DNA of 64,000 nucleotides. Origin: Schmidtea polychroa. Taxonomy: Eukaryota. The notes beneath the pieces were generated by a model. It saw nothing but the letters and a program-made list of their open reading frames with translations. It was not told where the DNA came from and made no database searches. Shown piece by piece: positions 12,011-25,183 of the stretch (position 1 is its first letter; the number at the start of each line of letters is the position of its first letter). The DNA is taken from positions 134,664,001-134,728,000 of the forward strand of contig CM097886.1 in NCBI GenBank assembly GCA_044892525.1. Reading direction: 5' to 3'. A program made the translations under genes and the position numbers.

Positions 12011-12420
12011 TGGCTAAATGTTTTTATGCTGGAGCCGTTTGTGGCTGTTAGTGGTTTTTTTTTGTTTTTTGGATTTTTGTACATGTATTGTGGCAGTAGT
12101 GATATTAAAGATCCTGTGTCCATTAGAAAGTCAGTGCTATTTGTGTGCACCAAAAATGTATTGTTTTTTTCACTGAATATGGGTGCTATCAACAGTGACG
12201 GTTTTTGTTTTCCTGCTATATCTTGTAATATTCACAGGGTTTTGTGCATTTCTATGCTTTGTCACCGAATTTGTTGTGGAAATAGCAATAGTTTTTGTTT
12301 ACAAAATCATTTCTTAATTCTTTTTCTGGGCTATTGTTTTGGTAGTTGTTGTATCGTTTTGGGGAGTTTGACCGGTTCCACATTTTGCTTTCAACTTGCT
12401 TTAAATTCTAATTAATCCGT
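11995..12420 (-). mobile_element. Gypsy (Mag-like) gag C-terminus and aspartic protease fragment
   Basis: CYFHNKFGDKA*KCTKPC gag Zn motif at about 12235-12290, then FLMDTGSLISLLP...LTATNGSSIKTF protease (ORF 11995-12192). Confidence 0.82.
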
Positions 12421-12719
12421 TAACCGGGCGCTCTCGACTTCGATTGCGCAACACACAACGGACCCGAGTATTTACTTAAAGATGTGTATACACGTCCCTC
12501 CCGATACAATATATTTGTAATATCTTTTTGTTTGATTTCAGGTAAATAATATATATTGAAATGTGTATATATAAATAATCACTCATGCTCGAATGTAGCA
12601 ATTTAGAACAATTTTTAATAAAATAATTAAGACTACCAATACTAGAATATAAATATTTTTAAAGTAAATAGAAATAAGGGGAAAATATTTTATTAAAATG
12701 AAAAAATATGGAATATTAA

Positions 12720-13900
12720 AAAAATGCTTTAAAAATCAACTTCAGTGTGGTATATTTTAAAGCAATTGTTTACGTATAATACCACTTTAGAATCTGGACA
12801 CCAATACGCAGATTCTTTTCGAACTCCTTTCTTTCACAATTTTATCTACGCATTCCATCAGGAAATGCAATCTGTCCAAGTTACCATTATCGTTTTTATA
12901 AATTATAAATGCATTTAGACAGCACATCGATTAATCGAAGAAAAATCATTTTATAAAATTTTTTCAATCTATTGCGTGCTAGTGTATATGACGTCATTAA
13001 TCCATCTCTTAAATCAACATCGCCCATATTTTTATTATAATCATCGACAACTTTTGGCTTTTCTACAGAACTCCCTCTTTTTATAGTCATAATTTTTTCA
13101 TCGTTATGAATGGAACTAAGAAACAATACGTCTTTTCGATCCTTCCATTTCACGAGCATTATTTTACCTTTATATCTAACTATATGCTCGTTTTTTTAAT
13201 TCATTGGATTTCCAATTCTATTTTTTCTCATCGTTCCAACAATATCTGTTTTATTATCACATAACATTTCAACTAACTTGATTGACGTGTACCAATTATT
13301 TAAATAAATTTTGTAACTTATTTAGGATATGATGGGTTAATTCTATAACAATTCGTTTTGATTTTTTTTCTCATGATAATTTAAATCTTAATTTGTATCT
13401 TTTCCTGTGTGTAAAATAATATTTTGAATATATCCAGATTTACTTTCACTCAAAACATAATTTTATTCCAAATCGAGCCCTATTTTTGAAATATATTGCT
13501 CCCATGATAAATTGCATTTCCATAATAGAAGTGACTCGCACATGCTTATATTTCGCTCACTAAAATATAAAGTTTTAAATTTTTCTTTAAAATTATTGAT
13601 AATTGGGTCTATTTTATAGGTGTTTATTAGAATTATTGGAATTGAAAGTTGTATTATCTACAAAATGTAAAAATTTTACGATAATCCCTTGTAAAATAAA
13701 CAGGCCTAAAAATTTTCATTTCAGCTTCATTAGTGTCATACCATTTTCGTATTCTTGAACGTGGTTTCAGTTCAGGATTGCTATCAAAAAATTGTTTTGC
13801 ATACAAATTTGTTTGTTCCTTGATTAGTTGAATTAATTTTTCATTTAAAAATTTTTCAAGATATATAGCAGTGGAACTTTTCTAGGAAATGAACGAAATG
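12720..13900 (-). mobile_element. piggyBac (PGBD4-like) transposase relic
   Basis: KWKDRKDVLFLSSIH..KPKVVDDYNKNMGDVDLRD motif; Cys-rich tail remnants (YWCPDSK) near 12790; boundaries approximate, no TIR found. Confidence 0.8.
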
Positions 13901-14715
13901 TTTTTCCAGGCTGTGGTTATCGCGTACTGCGTAAAAGATGAAAATTTAAAAAAAAATTATAGCGATAATTTACTATAGTAACCCATCCGAAGATCATATA
14001 ATTGGAAATCAAAATAAATATAAAGAAGAAAGATTATAATTAAGTGTGAGTCAAAACAAATCCATCCGAAGGTTAATTAATTGAAATCTCAAACACAAAA
14101 TCCTCCATTTCTACTAGTAAAGCAAAACGCTATAAGTAATTCTAAAATCCTTTCAATAATAAACAAACCCACTGTTTGTGTCGATTATTCTATGTAAATT
14201 GTTCTCCAAAATATCATTATTCTTCTATTACAAATAATGGTCCAAATCTCCATCTCCTGACAATTTTACAAAGTATTAATTTTTCCGTGTTAATAAAATT
14301 TGTAATTTTGTTTTATAGTTATTTCTATCATTTTTATTATTTTACAAACAAGCACCTCCAACTGTCCCGAGACAGTATTTTTTTACAGGTGAATCGGTTG
14401 GGTTCAAAAATTTTCTAAACCTATAAGCATAATCACAATTTACAATAAATAAGATAATATATAACAGGTATGTTGCTAAATATTAAAATAATAAAAATAA
14501 CAAATTATAATCATTTAAAAATACGCCAATTTTGACTCGTGGAAGTGTGCTCCATTAGTAATCGTTTAAACTCCCCCCCGACATGCCTCTTCAAGGTCAT
14601 ATGCCTCATCATTTATTTTTTGGACTCATTTATTTTTGAACAAAGAAAATGACTCACCCGATGACTCATAAAAACAGGTCATAATTTTCATAATTTTCTT
14701 CATAAAAACATAGTA

Positions 14716-14930
14716 CAGTAATACCCCGCACTTACGTACACTTTGGGACCGGAGCGTGTACGTAAAACAAAAATGTACGTAAAATGAATCTACTGCTGTT
14801 ATTGATGAATAATATGTTTGAAATAAACTAAAACAATAAACATATAAATAAAAAGAAAAAGAAAAAGAGGGATATTATGCATGTAGTTTTACACTTTTAT
14901 TTTAGTGTACGTAAAAACGGGGTATTACTG
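14716..14930. mobile_element. Tc1/pogo-type MITE
   Basis: 27-bp TIRs CAGTAATACCCCG...TTACGTACACT with 3 mismatches, TA TSD on both sides. Confidence 0.92.
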
Positions 14931-15091
14931 TATTTCATATTTCATTAAAATTTGGTTTCATAACAAAATTTGTTTCATAATTCCTAAAAAAATTAAAGAC
15001 AAAATAATTTAAAAAGCACAATAATTTAAAGCAAAATAATTTAAAGCATAATAATTTAAAGCATAATGATGAAAAACATAATAATTTAAAA

Positions 15092-16317
15092 CAGTCATGT
15101 TCAACCTTTTCAACGCCGTGGGCCGCATTAGCAAATTAATAATTGAATGTGGGCGACAGGACAATTACAAAGACTAAAACTCTAGAACCAGTTATTATTA
15201 ACACTACCAGAATGCTTTGATAAATCCAAATTATGTTTATGCATGCTAGATAGTAATGCCTCTAATAAATCCGATCTTTTTGTTTCACCTTTCATTGGAT
15301 AAAGTTCGACAAGCTCTTCAAAAATTTCATGATCTGATGTTATACAACGGGCATATATACATAATTGAGCAACTGAAGTAACATCGGTAGATTCATCAAC
15401 AGCTAACGAAAATTTGATACTAATTTTGAATATTGTTGAAAATTTAGTCACAATATCAGCTGAAATATCAGTAATACGCCGTTGTATTGTCATTCGGTTT
15501 AAACTTAGTGCTTCGAATTTCGAGGTGTATTTTGTACAAGCATTTTTTTACAAAATCACCATCAGTATACGGTCGTGACGATTTAGCTATTAAATGAGCA
15601 ATATCAAAACTTACTTCAACTGCCTGCTCTGCGGACTCATTGCACCTTTTAAAAATATTTTGTTGTGCTTGTAGTGATTGGACCATTGAAGTAATTTGCT
15701 GTTTTCTTAAAATACCAGAATACTTTTCATCAAAATCAAAATGTTTAGTTTGAAAATGTATTTTTAAGTTATAATCTTTCGCCACAGCAATTGTTGCTTT
15801 ACAAATTAAACATATAATGTTACCTTTATACTCGGCAAAACAAAACTTTTCTGTCCATTGCTCTTGGAATACTCGTCTTTCATCTTCTAACTTCCGTTTC
15901 TTAAGTTGTTTTGATACCGACATATTATTTTTTATGACCAAATTAAACAAAAAACTGAATAAAACGATGCAAAGTACAAACTCAAACAGAACAGTAAAAA
16001 TAATTTCTTCCGTTAAGTTAAAATTTTTATCACACCATTTAAAAAATGTTGGGTTTGCATGTCATACTGAGATTCATTTTTTAAGTAATAACATAAAATA
16101 TATCAAGCAATTAGAATTCATTTTTTATATACGCGGTCATAAAAAAATCTCAACGAGTAATTGAGAGTACTTTTTTAGTTTCGTTTCATTTCATATCGGA
16201 TTATTTTCTTATGCATTTCAATGTAATTGCATAATTTCACAATTAGTATACAACAACTTTTTTTTATTTAAATATACAAATTATAAATAAATTAGGGCCG
16301 CGGGTTGTGCATGGCTG
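15092..16317 (-). mobile_element. internally deleted hAT (SPIN/GTF2IRD2-like, Buster group) transposon
   Basis: TIRs CAGTCATGTTCAACC / GGTTGTGCATGGCTG, perfect TSD ATTTAAAA; ORFs contain KRKLEDERRVFQEQW..CLIC..KDYNLKIHF and FSLAVDESTDVTSVAQLCIY. Confidence 0.9.
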
Positions 16318-16849
16318 ATTTAAAACAATAATTAAATAATAATAATTAAAAATTACCTATCGAACCACGAGCGTTTTTTGAAATATTTTAGAAAAAGTGA
16401 AAAATGCATAGTATATGTAACATTTATCCAATCTATCCAATCAGAATAACGATAGGATAGAAAATATACGCACACATACTCTATGCTTTATTAACTAAAA
16501 TTGTTACTGAGTAACATAAAGACATCTTTGTGTCTTTGTTAAATTTACACGTGACATGTGCATGACTAGAACATATCTTTATAATGTGAATTATAATATT
16601 TATGTGAATAATAATAAAATTAATTAATAATAATAATAATATCCTACAATAATTGACAACATCCACTTACCTCAGATTCTCAACAAAGATCAAAACATCA
16701 AGAGAAATAAAAACATCAAAAAGTATGTATTGACAAATTCAATTAGAAGTATGTACGGAGAAACTCATCAGGAACAAAAGAATCAAGAAAACATTTTGAA
16801 AACGTATTTGAATAACCACCCAAAAGAATTGATTTAAGAGGTACAAAGA

Positions 16850-17660
16850 CAATCATTCATGGCAGCAGACGCACATTATTCCCTGCGATTTGACAAAATC
16901 AAATACTCCAACATACGGGTTCTACAGAAAACCACCTCGCAAAGAAATATTTATGCACCAAAGATCAGCGCTTCCATACTTACAGAAAGTACATGTCATA
17001 AGAAACGAGAAACAAAGAATAGCCAATCGATGTACTGAAGAAAACGAAAACTTTAAACAACAATCAAATTTCAATAAAATCTTATACAGAAATGGATACC
17101 AAGGTGAGGACATTGAAAGAATAAATTTTACCCCGAATAGATCTAGGGAATTAACACAAAAGATGAAGAAATATTTCTATCTGAATATCCCATTCATCAG
17201 TGACATATTCGACTTCAAGATCCTGAAAGAACTTAAACGTACCGGTCTTCCAATTCGGATAGCACATAAATCTTGGACATTGAGAAGGGCTCTGGCACGC
17301 AACACAAATAGAGAAAACAATTGCACAATGAAAAACTGTCAGACACCTAAAGATATGTGCTTTAGAAAATCATCGTCTATTGCATCACGAGCAATGTATG
17401 CAATGAAATCTATATTGGAAGTAAACTCAAAACCTTGCACCAAAGAGTTAAAGAACATCTAGATCCTGGTGGAATATCCTCGATAAACAGACATCAACAA
17501 TGTCAACCAACAGAGGAAAGAAAAAATATTTCAATATAAATCATAGCTAATGGAAACATCCAAAAGAAAAATGTCAGATTCAAAGAAGCAATTCTCATCA
17601 TAAACAGACAGCCAAAAATCAACACTAAAAAAGAAATCAATGAAATCATGAATTTGGTCT
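16850..17660 (+). mobile_element. Penelope-like element 3' part (RT thumb plus GIY-YIG endonuclease)
   Basis: FYRKP..MHQRSALP..RNGY..LNIPFI, Cys linker CTMKNCQT..MC; frameshifted IVYCITSNVCNEIYIGS..LHQRVKEH and R.KEAILI..QPKIN. Confidence 0.88.
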
Positions 17661-20600
17661 GTTGTCACTGACCTTGAGAATAAATATAGAAAATTTTAGG
17701 AAATATACTTTCAATAGATAGTATTTAAAAATCAAAATTGACACATTTACTGAAATATTTAAATAAATAGTTATATAAATAGTTATTGGAGGCTTTATTT
17801 TAAAATATTTTGAAATATTTTATTAGGCTTCTAGAGGCTAATTATAGAAACCTTAAAAAATTTAAAGGTTTTAGTTTTTGTCATTTTGAATTTTAAATAT
17901 TTATTTTATTTTAATTTTAAGTAAAATTTTTAAAAAAATCCAGAAAAAGAAAGTATATCATTATATTATATTTATAAATAATGAGAAATAATAAAAAGGA
18001 AATAAAAGAAAGATAGATTTTCGGGAAGGAGATTGCTAAATTCCAGGAGATTGACTAGGACTAAAACAAAAGGTAATTTAAAGGCAAATCAATACATTTA
18101 TTAAACAATAATATAATTTAAAATTAACAACGGTAATCTATATATTGATGTACTCATATTTGCTGCCATCTTGTTTGAAGTTGGTAACGTTGAATTGGTT
18201 TTCAAATTTTCTATCGATTCTTTTATTGTTCGAATTTCGAATATTATTAAATCAGTCCTTCTTAACAAATCATCATGTTTCCTATCAATAATTTTAAAAT
18301 TCTTTATTTTCAACAATTGATTTTTTGAAATCATAAATATGATCAAGTAATTTAAGTTTTATCGTTTGTATAAATCAAATGATAAATCAAAGCTGTTTTC
18401 TAAATTCTCCATTCTTTTGGATAATCTTTTTCCTGAAGGCTTTAACCAGTTTGGTCTATTAATAATAGTTAAAATTTCCATCAACTTTGGACAAACACAT
18501 CTTGATTTATTTAAAGACTCCACCGTTATTGTTGTATTGTGTGAGCACAGACTCATTATACTAATTACCAATAGAAATACAGTATTCATTTTGTATCAAA
18601 TCAAATCTAATATGTTTTACATTTATAGTCTATCAACCAATCAGAATCTTAAACATTAGTATAAATAAAACATTTTAAATTAATGTAAAAAATGTCACAA
18701 ACAAATTTCATCGGAAACTTGTCAAACGAGCTAGTCAACAGAAACATTGTGAAAAGCCTCAGTTTCCTAATCAATCGGACCGAACAAATTATTGAAGGCA
18801 ACCATAACGACTACCAGAACATGCTTGATATGGAATTTCTTGAAACAAAGAAGTTTTATTTTAACAGAATATTTCAATGTCTCGATAAAGAAATGAAGTG
18901 GACAAGAATAATTGTAGAGTTCACTTATATGAAAATTATTATTGAAAAAAGTCTATGGGACTCAGAACACTAATATCAGTGGTTTCAATAAAATTATTTT
19001 TAAAAATTTTATTAAAAATATTCATTTTTTAGATAATCAAATTCAAGTTTACTCCATGGATAGAAGCCAATGGCGGATGGGGTACACTCAATGAATTCGC
19101 CCGCAATACCAAAGAAACGGATAAAATCAAAGGAAAAATGAAAAACTATTAAACTTGCAACAGGTGTTGCCATATTGTACATTGTAAATTTTTAAATAAA
19201 AATTAATGTTGTTATATTGTTTCAAAATAAAATCAATAACTAAAATTTATTAATTAACACATTCACAATCATCATCACTACATTTCATAATATTATCAAC
19301 GAGGTAATCTACACATACATACGGTTAGTTATCATTCATAATATTTTCCGTAATATGTGGTTTAGGTTCATCTATAGGTTCATAGATTTCCTCATCCATT
19401 TCTTGGATGTCTTTTCCATCAATTTCTTGGGTGTTTCTCCATCCGTTTCTACATCAATTTCTTGAGTCACTTCACTTTCATCAAATTCTGAATATTGACT
19501 CTCAATTATCCAGCCTATATTTAATGCATTTGCAACAGATAATAATAAAATCCTCATTATTTACACTAGCTATTTCTGCTAATTTTTCCAACAAAAAGTT
19601 GATTACCATTTCTAAATAATAAATAATTCGGTAATTAATTAATCATGATAACCCTTTTCTGTAGTCATTTTTCTAGTCACTTTAAAACTATAATGTCAGT
19701 TTGTTAATAGATTGTCTTTGTTAAATTTGCATTTATGTTGCATTTTCCTTGTTGATAAATAAATAAAATTAAATACATTTATTAAAATCCATTAAATACA
19801 TTAAATTAGTTGTGAAAGACTAGCAGACACAATTTTCTAAATTGGAGAATACACATCATTATTATCAACTTTATATCTCTGGATTGCATTTGTTATTTAC
19901 CAATTTTCGTTTTCTTTGAAACTGATTTGATCAAAGGAATCATAAAATCTTGCATATCGGTTGTTGAACAATGCATGTTGATTGCATGATAAATTTAAAT
20001 TCAACCGTTTGAAAACATCATCATTAGTTTTAACATCTATCATTGAAAGCGTGCCGGATAAGAACTGAAATTTTGTTTGATTAAGCTTGACCGGTGCAAC
20101 CAATTTCATATTGAATTCTTTTAAAAAATGCATTTTCTAGTTATGGAACATTTGAACAGGTTGTACAAGTTCATCTTTTGGGTTTTCGGTGCTTGTTATT
20201 TTTTTGGTCATCGTGAATAAGGATTAAAATGAAATGGTACAGGGTTTAAATACCTTCAAAATGAATCGTACAACCAATCAGATTAAATGTCTTTGTTTAA
20301 ATTGCATTAATGTTGCACATGTGTGATTTTTCTAATTATTATTATCATAAATATAAAAAACAATACATAAAAAATTTATTAACTTAAATCAACAATCCTA
20401 GAATAGTGATATCTTCAAAGTGTTTTTACTAAATCCCATTCTACATATCGCTGATAATGACCAGCACAACAACTGCATCCTATGATGCATGGATATTCTG
20501 GTTCCATTTCTTTCTATTTTCCAAAAAGATTAAATTTGAAAAATAATAATAATAATAATACTTATAAAAATAATGATGTTGGGCCAGGAGAAATACGCCT

Positions 20601-21957
20601 GTAAAATTCACCAAGTATACAATTGCTAATTTCTTTAATTTCGTTCTTGCCTTGAGTATAAGACTTTCATATTTTCTTAAGTGGGAATCGTAACATTGAA
20701 AAGTCAATCGGATGATGGAAAATGAAAAATAATTAATCAGACAATGGAAAATAAAAATTAGTAATTTAAATAATAATTCAAAAGATATAAATGGAAAATT
20801 AATAATCAATAAAAACAAGAAAAGACACAAAAAATAGAGCATCCATCAGGATTAATACAAATGTTTTTAGAAAAAATAAATGAAAATAGATAAAACAGAA
20901 AATCATTAAAATTAAGAAAATAACAATAAAAAACTAAATAAAATAAAAAGAAAACAAAATACAATATCGCTTAATCTTGATTGGATGAAATCGCGACGAA
21001 AATAGTATAAATATCTACATCTGCGATTGACTGTTCAATGTTATTTCAAAACCAACAGGTAGATTTCATTTTTGTAAACTATTTTTTAACAAATGTTATT
21101 TCAAAACCAAAAGGATCACTAAGATATCTTAACCATTTGTATCGCCGAACCTCAGTAATTAAAAATTTAATCTTCAGCAACTAGACAATTTTTCTGACAG
21201 CTGGAACTCAACCATTTGGGAACTAATGTAATTTTTATTTGTTTGTTTATTATACTCATGTAACTTAGTAGTAGTTCGTTGTATTTATAACAATAATTAA
21301 ATTTTAATAACGAATATGGTTTTCTCTTCCTCTTTTTCATAATTATTTGACAATAATTTAATAACCGATAACAATAAAAATTTATTTAATCATGAACAAT
21401 ATATTTTCATTTATTTTGCATGACGTTTGGATGCCCTTCAGCTTGGGATACGTCTGTGAACTATTGGCCGAAGAGACTGATAGCCACAGACGGTTGACCA
21501 GTTCGGAACATCAATTTATGGATTTTGTACTGATAACTGGAAAAAAAATATAGAAATCAGATTATAGTCGGTAGTAAAATGTCGTTATCTGTTCGTTTCA
21601 TAGTAGAATAGAAAGAGGAGTCTTCCACGGTGATTGAGATTGTCCAATAAATGACCAGAGGAACAATGGGACTTATTACAGAATGATGAATCGATGGCCA
21701 TGAAAAAAAAGTTGATGAGTGTTCGAAAAGACAGATGACTAGGACGATAATTACGAATTCCAATAAGTGCTAATAGTACGAACTTGAAAATGGTTATCTA
21801 TATATTAGATCGTCTTCAATTTTCCTTCCACAAGGAACTAGTTCCTTCAGTAGGTACGGTCCCTTGCGATTGTAGGATTTTAGAATTCTTGTTAGGTTAG
21901 TAACTTTGATTGTAATTGGAGCGATGAAGTTTTTCAAATTTCGAAGATTAACACCAG

Positions 21958-22150
21958 AGTCCAATAATGTATGTCATTAAAAATTATGATAACAATGAAA
22001 TTATAGGTAAATTTTATGAACAAGAATTACAAGTTATTCCAAGTCCTACAACTTTTGGAATACAAGAAATTCTAAAGACCAGAGGAAAAGGGAAGTATAA
22101 ACAATATTATATCAAATGGCACGGTTATCAAAACCCTACAGTTGAAATGA
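21958..22150 (+). pseudogene. Polinton integrase C-terminus (chromodomain-like)
   Basis: YVIKNYDNNEIIGKFYEQELQ..IQEILKTRG..YYIKWHGY. Confidence 0.82.
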
Positions 22151-23103
22151 ATAAAACTAATTTTTACCTGATTTTACCCAGCAAATAACTCATCCAAATA
22201 ACAATGCTAGTAACTTTATTGTCGAACTTCAAAATCCAATCTATTTAAATGGTAGTTGGGAAGTGTCCTTGTTGGAATTTACATTTGTATACAATCTCTT
22301 TCCGTTTTACAATAAATCCAAGATTGAATATACCAAGATGTAATGAGTATCAGAAATTGTTAGAGTGAAGATAATTCAAGATAGCTATGAAATGATCAAT
22401 CAAGCAAATACAAATGCGATAATATATGTTAAAGATAGATATTTATACTTTCAATGTTTGAAGCGACCATTTCAATTTTTATTTGAAACCTTAACTGATG
22501 CAAAACGCCTAGGATTTACTCTATTGCGTAACACTTTTGATGAAACGGTGAAATATGATATTGATACTCTTCCAAAAACTTATACTATATTCAAATTTCA
22601 ACTCTTGTATAACAAAGCAGTTGAGCATAGCTATACATTTCAAGATTTGTATATTACAGATCTCGATCAATTACAAGTTTATTTAACAAAACATTTGCAA
22701 ATATTTTCGCTGTTGTTGAATTTTCACTGTTGGCCAAATGAAATTTGACTCTAATTTGGTAAAGACATTAGGATTATCAAAAGAAACGTACATACAAAAC
22801 TTAAAAGTTAACGAAGGAACATCGAAACCAAAAATAATTAAACTTCATCAACAAATGTTCATTTATAGTAATATTGTTGAATCTGTAATTGTTGGTGATG
22901 TTAGTGTTCCTCTATTGAAAGTAGTATGGGTTGAAAAACATGAACAAGATGAAGTGGTACAGATAACGATTGAAAATCCTATGTATTTATCTGTTGCACA
23001 TCATGTATAAACAATATAAAAATTAATATACGTGATTCAGGAAAATTAATAAACTTTTCAAAAGATTCAAAAACCCATTTGAATTTACATTTTCGAAAGA
23101 TGA
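22150..23103 (+). pseudogene. Polinton minor capsid (penton-like) protein
   Basis: LPS..PNNNASNFIVELQNPIYLNGSWEVSLLEF at the N-terminus; MFIYSNIVESVIVGDVSVPLLKVV..NPMYLSV..LNLHFRK at the C-terminus; disrupted. Confidence 0.72.
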
Positions 23104-23440
23104 ATGTCTAATCCTGATATTGTGTCGTTATATAGGGATAGCCAAACTGGTGGAGAATTACCATATTTTATGGGTAAGTAATATGTATCCGGATGGTTGC
23201 AAACAATTGGAAGGTTTGCAGTTCCAATACTTAAAAAGATTGGTTTATTTGGCATGAGAACAGCAAAGGATGTGATAATGAAAGATCAAAAGATTACCAA
23301 CATTGAAAAGACATGCAATGAATGAAATTAGGAAATTGATGCAAAAATTTCTAAACCAAATGAAACTAAACAACCTCCAACATCAACACCACAACAAATT
23401 CTTAGTAAGCGACGAAAATCTCGTATAAACAAAAGATGGA
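23104..23440 (+). pseudogene. Polinton small basic core-like protein
   Basis: MSNPDIVSLYRDSQTGGELPYFMGK*YVSGWLQTIGRFAVPILKK...SKRRKS, lying between the minor and major capsid genes. Confidence 0.55.
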
Positions 23441-23446
23441 AAGGTA

Positions 23447-24640
23447 GTGGGACAATATTCGAAAATGTTGATCTCCGGTAAAACTGAGTTGTGTATTTTT
23501 GAGCGTCCGTCTCCACAAGTAGTAATTGAAAATGGAGTATTTGATGATATATTTCCTATGAATTCAATTACTGATTCAAGAAATGATGTCGAATTTTTTG
23601 TTAACGGTTCACAGACTGAATATTTAGATTTGAATGACACTCTATTATCCATTCAACTGAAGGTTGTAGATTAAAAGAAGAAAGATCTGACATGTTTCAT
23701 ACTCTATTTAAAGATGTTTTTCTAGGTTTTAATAATATCAAAATCGAAAGTGGGAACAACACATATGTACACACACCTTTAATTGAAACAATTTTTAACG
23801 ATAATGGAGATACAAAAGTGTTTGTCTTGCGCCAATGGGTTATGGGAGTAAAGATTTTAGGAAAACATGGATTGCGAAATCAAGAATGTTTTCAATGTGT
23901 TCATTACAACTAGATTTTGTAGATCATCCTAAATATTTACTTCCAGGAGTTAATGTACATATTCGTATGAAGAGATGAGACTCAACATTTAGTTTGGCTA
24001 CATCTGTAGCTGTAGCATCACCAAAATATCAGTTGGTTGATGCAAAATTAATGGTTCGCCCTGTACGAGTTGAGTCATCAGTGTTGGTAGGCCATCACAT
24101 TTATCCTATCGAAACCAAAGAAATTGTTGCCTTTGCAATAAGTAAAGATTCATCTTCATTTTATCAAGAACAAATATTTTGTGATAAACGTTTGCCAAAT
24201 TTTATTCTTGTAACCTTTCAATCAGAAGCACAATATAATGGTTCGTATACAGAGGCCAACTCAAAATTCGCACATTTCAGTATAACTTCTTTAACTTTAT
24301 CGAAAAATTCCAATTATCTTGAAACATATACTCAGGATTTCGACAACGATAACTATGCTGCGACCTATATGCAATCTATAGTTCGAAATATGGGTTATTT
24401 AGATAAGAATTTGAATTATGGAATCGACATTGTAGATTTTAAGACTAAATATCCTTTCTTTACATTCATTTTGGCTTCAGACTTTAATTGCAATCTAAGT
24501 TGATTGCCACAAAATGGAAATCTGAGACTTGATATTAAATTCAACAAGGCTTTAACATCTCCTGTATATGTAATTATTTATGGAGTTTTTGAAAGCGAAA
24601 TACAGATTTCAGCAAATCGGACAATTCTAGTTTTAACAAA
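23447..24640 (+). pseudogene. Polinton major capsid protein (double jelly-roll)
   Basis: ELCIFERPSPQVVIE..VEFFVNGSQTEYLDLNDTLL; FHTLFKDVFL; KYLLPGVNVHIRMKR; GNLRLDIKFNKAL..R; split over ORFs 23447, 23692, 23994 and 24504. Confidence 0.82.
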
Positions 24641-24682
24641 GATGAAGTATGGAGTAAGTTTACTTTCTGATAAACGATTTAC

Positions 24683-25033
24683 TTGATTACTTCTGTTCAG
24701 CTTAATCGTCTTGCAACAAATCTGTTTGGAGACAGGTTTTTAGTAGTTTATCCGCTGGATAAAATCCCTTTTCTTGAAAGTAACAATGCTATAATAGTCA
24801 ATACCCAATCCTCAAGTCTTGATGGCGGACATTGGCTAGCAGTTTTTGTTAAGCCTGAAAAGATTAAGGTCTTTGATCCGATGGGTTACTATTATCCGCC
24901 TCTGTTAGTATCAAAGTTGTCGAAATTATCAAAACCTATCGTGTACAAGAGAATTCGTTATCAAGAACCACTAACAGTTACATGTGGACAACATTGTATT
25001 GTTTGGTTATGTTTTGAGTTTAATAAATATTAG
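24683..25033 (+). CDS. adenain-like cysteine protease (Polinton PRO)
   Basis: IIVNT..GGHWLAVF..VFDPMG..YQ..TCGQHC: catalytic H, D, Q and C all present. Confidence 0.9.
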   Translation: MITSVQLNRLATNLFGDRFLVVYPLDKIPFLESNNAIIVNTQSSSLDGGHWLAVFVKPEKIKVFDPMGYYYPPLLVSKLSKLSKPIVYKRIRYQEPLTVTCGQHCIVWLCFEFNKY

Positions 25034-25183
25034 TTGGTGTTAATTTCTTTTTTTTCAAAAATTAATAAAATAACACAGTTTTTGTACAATATTTTATTAA
25101 ATAACAATAACAACTCTTTATATACAAATAATAGAATGTCTGTTTGAGGAAATTTGGCAGTTGTTGATTGATTTCACATATAA

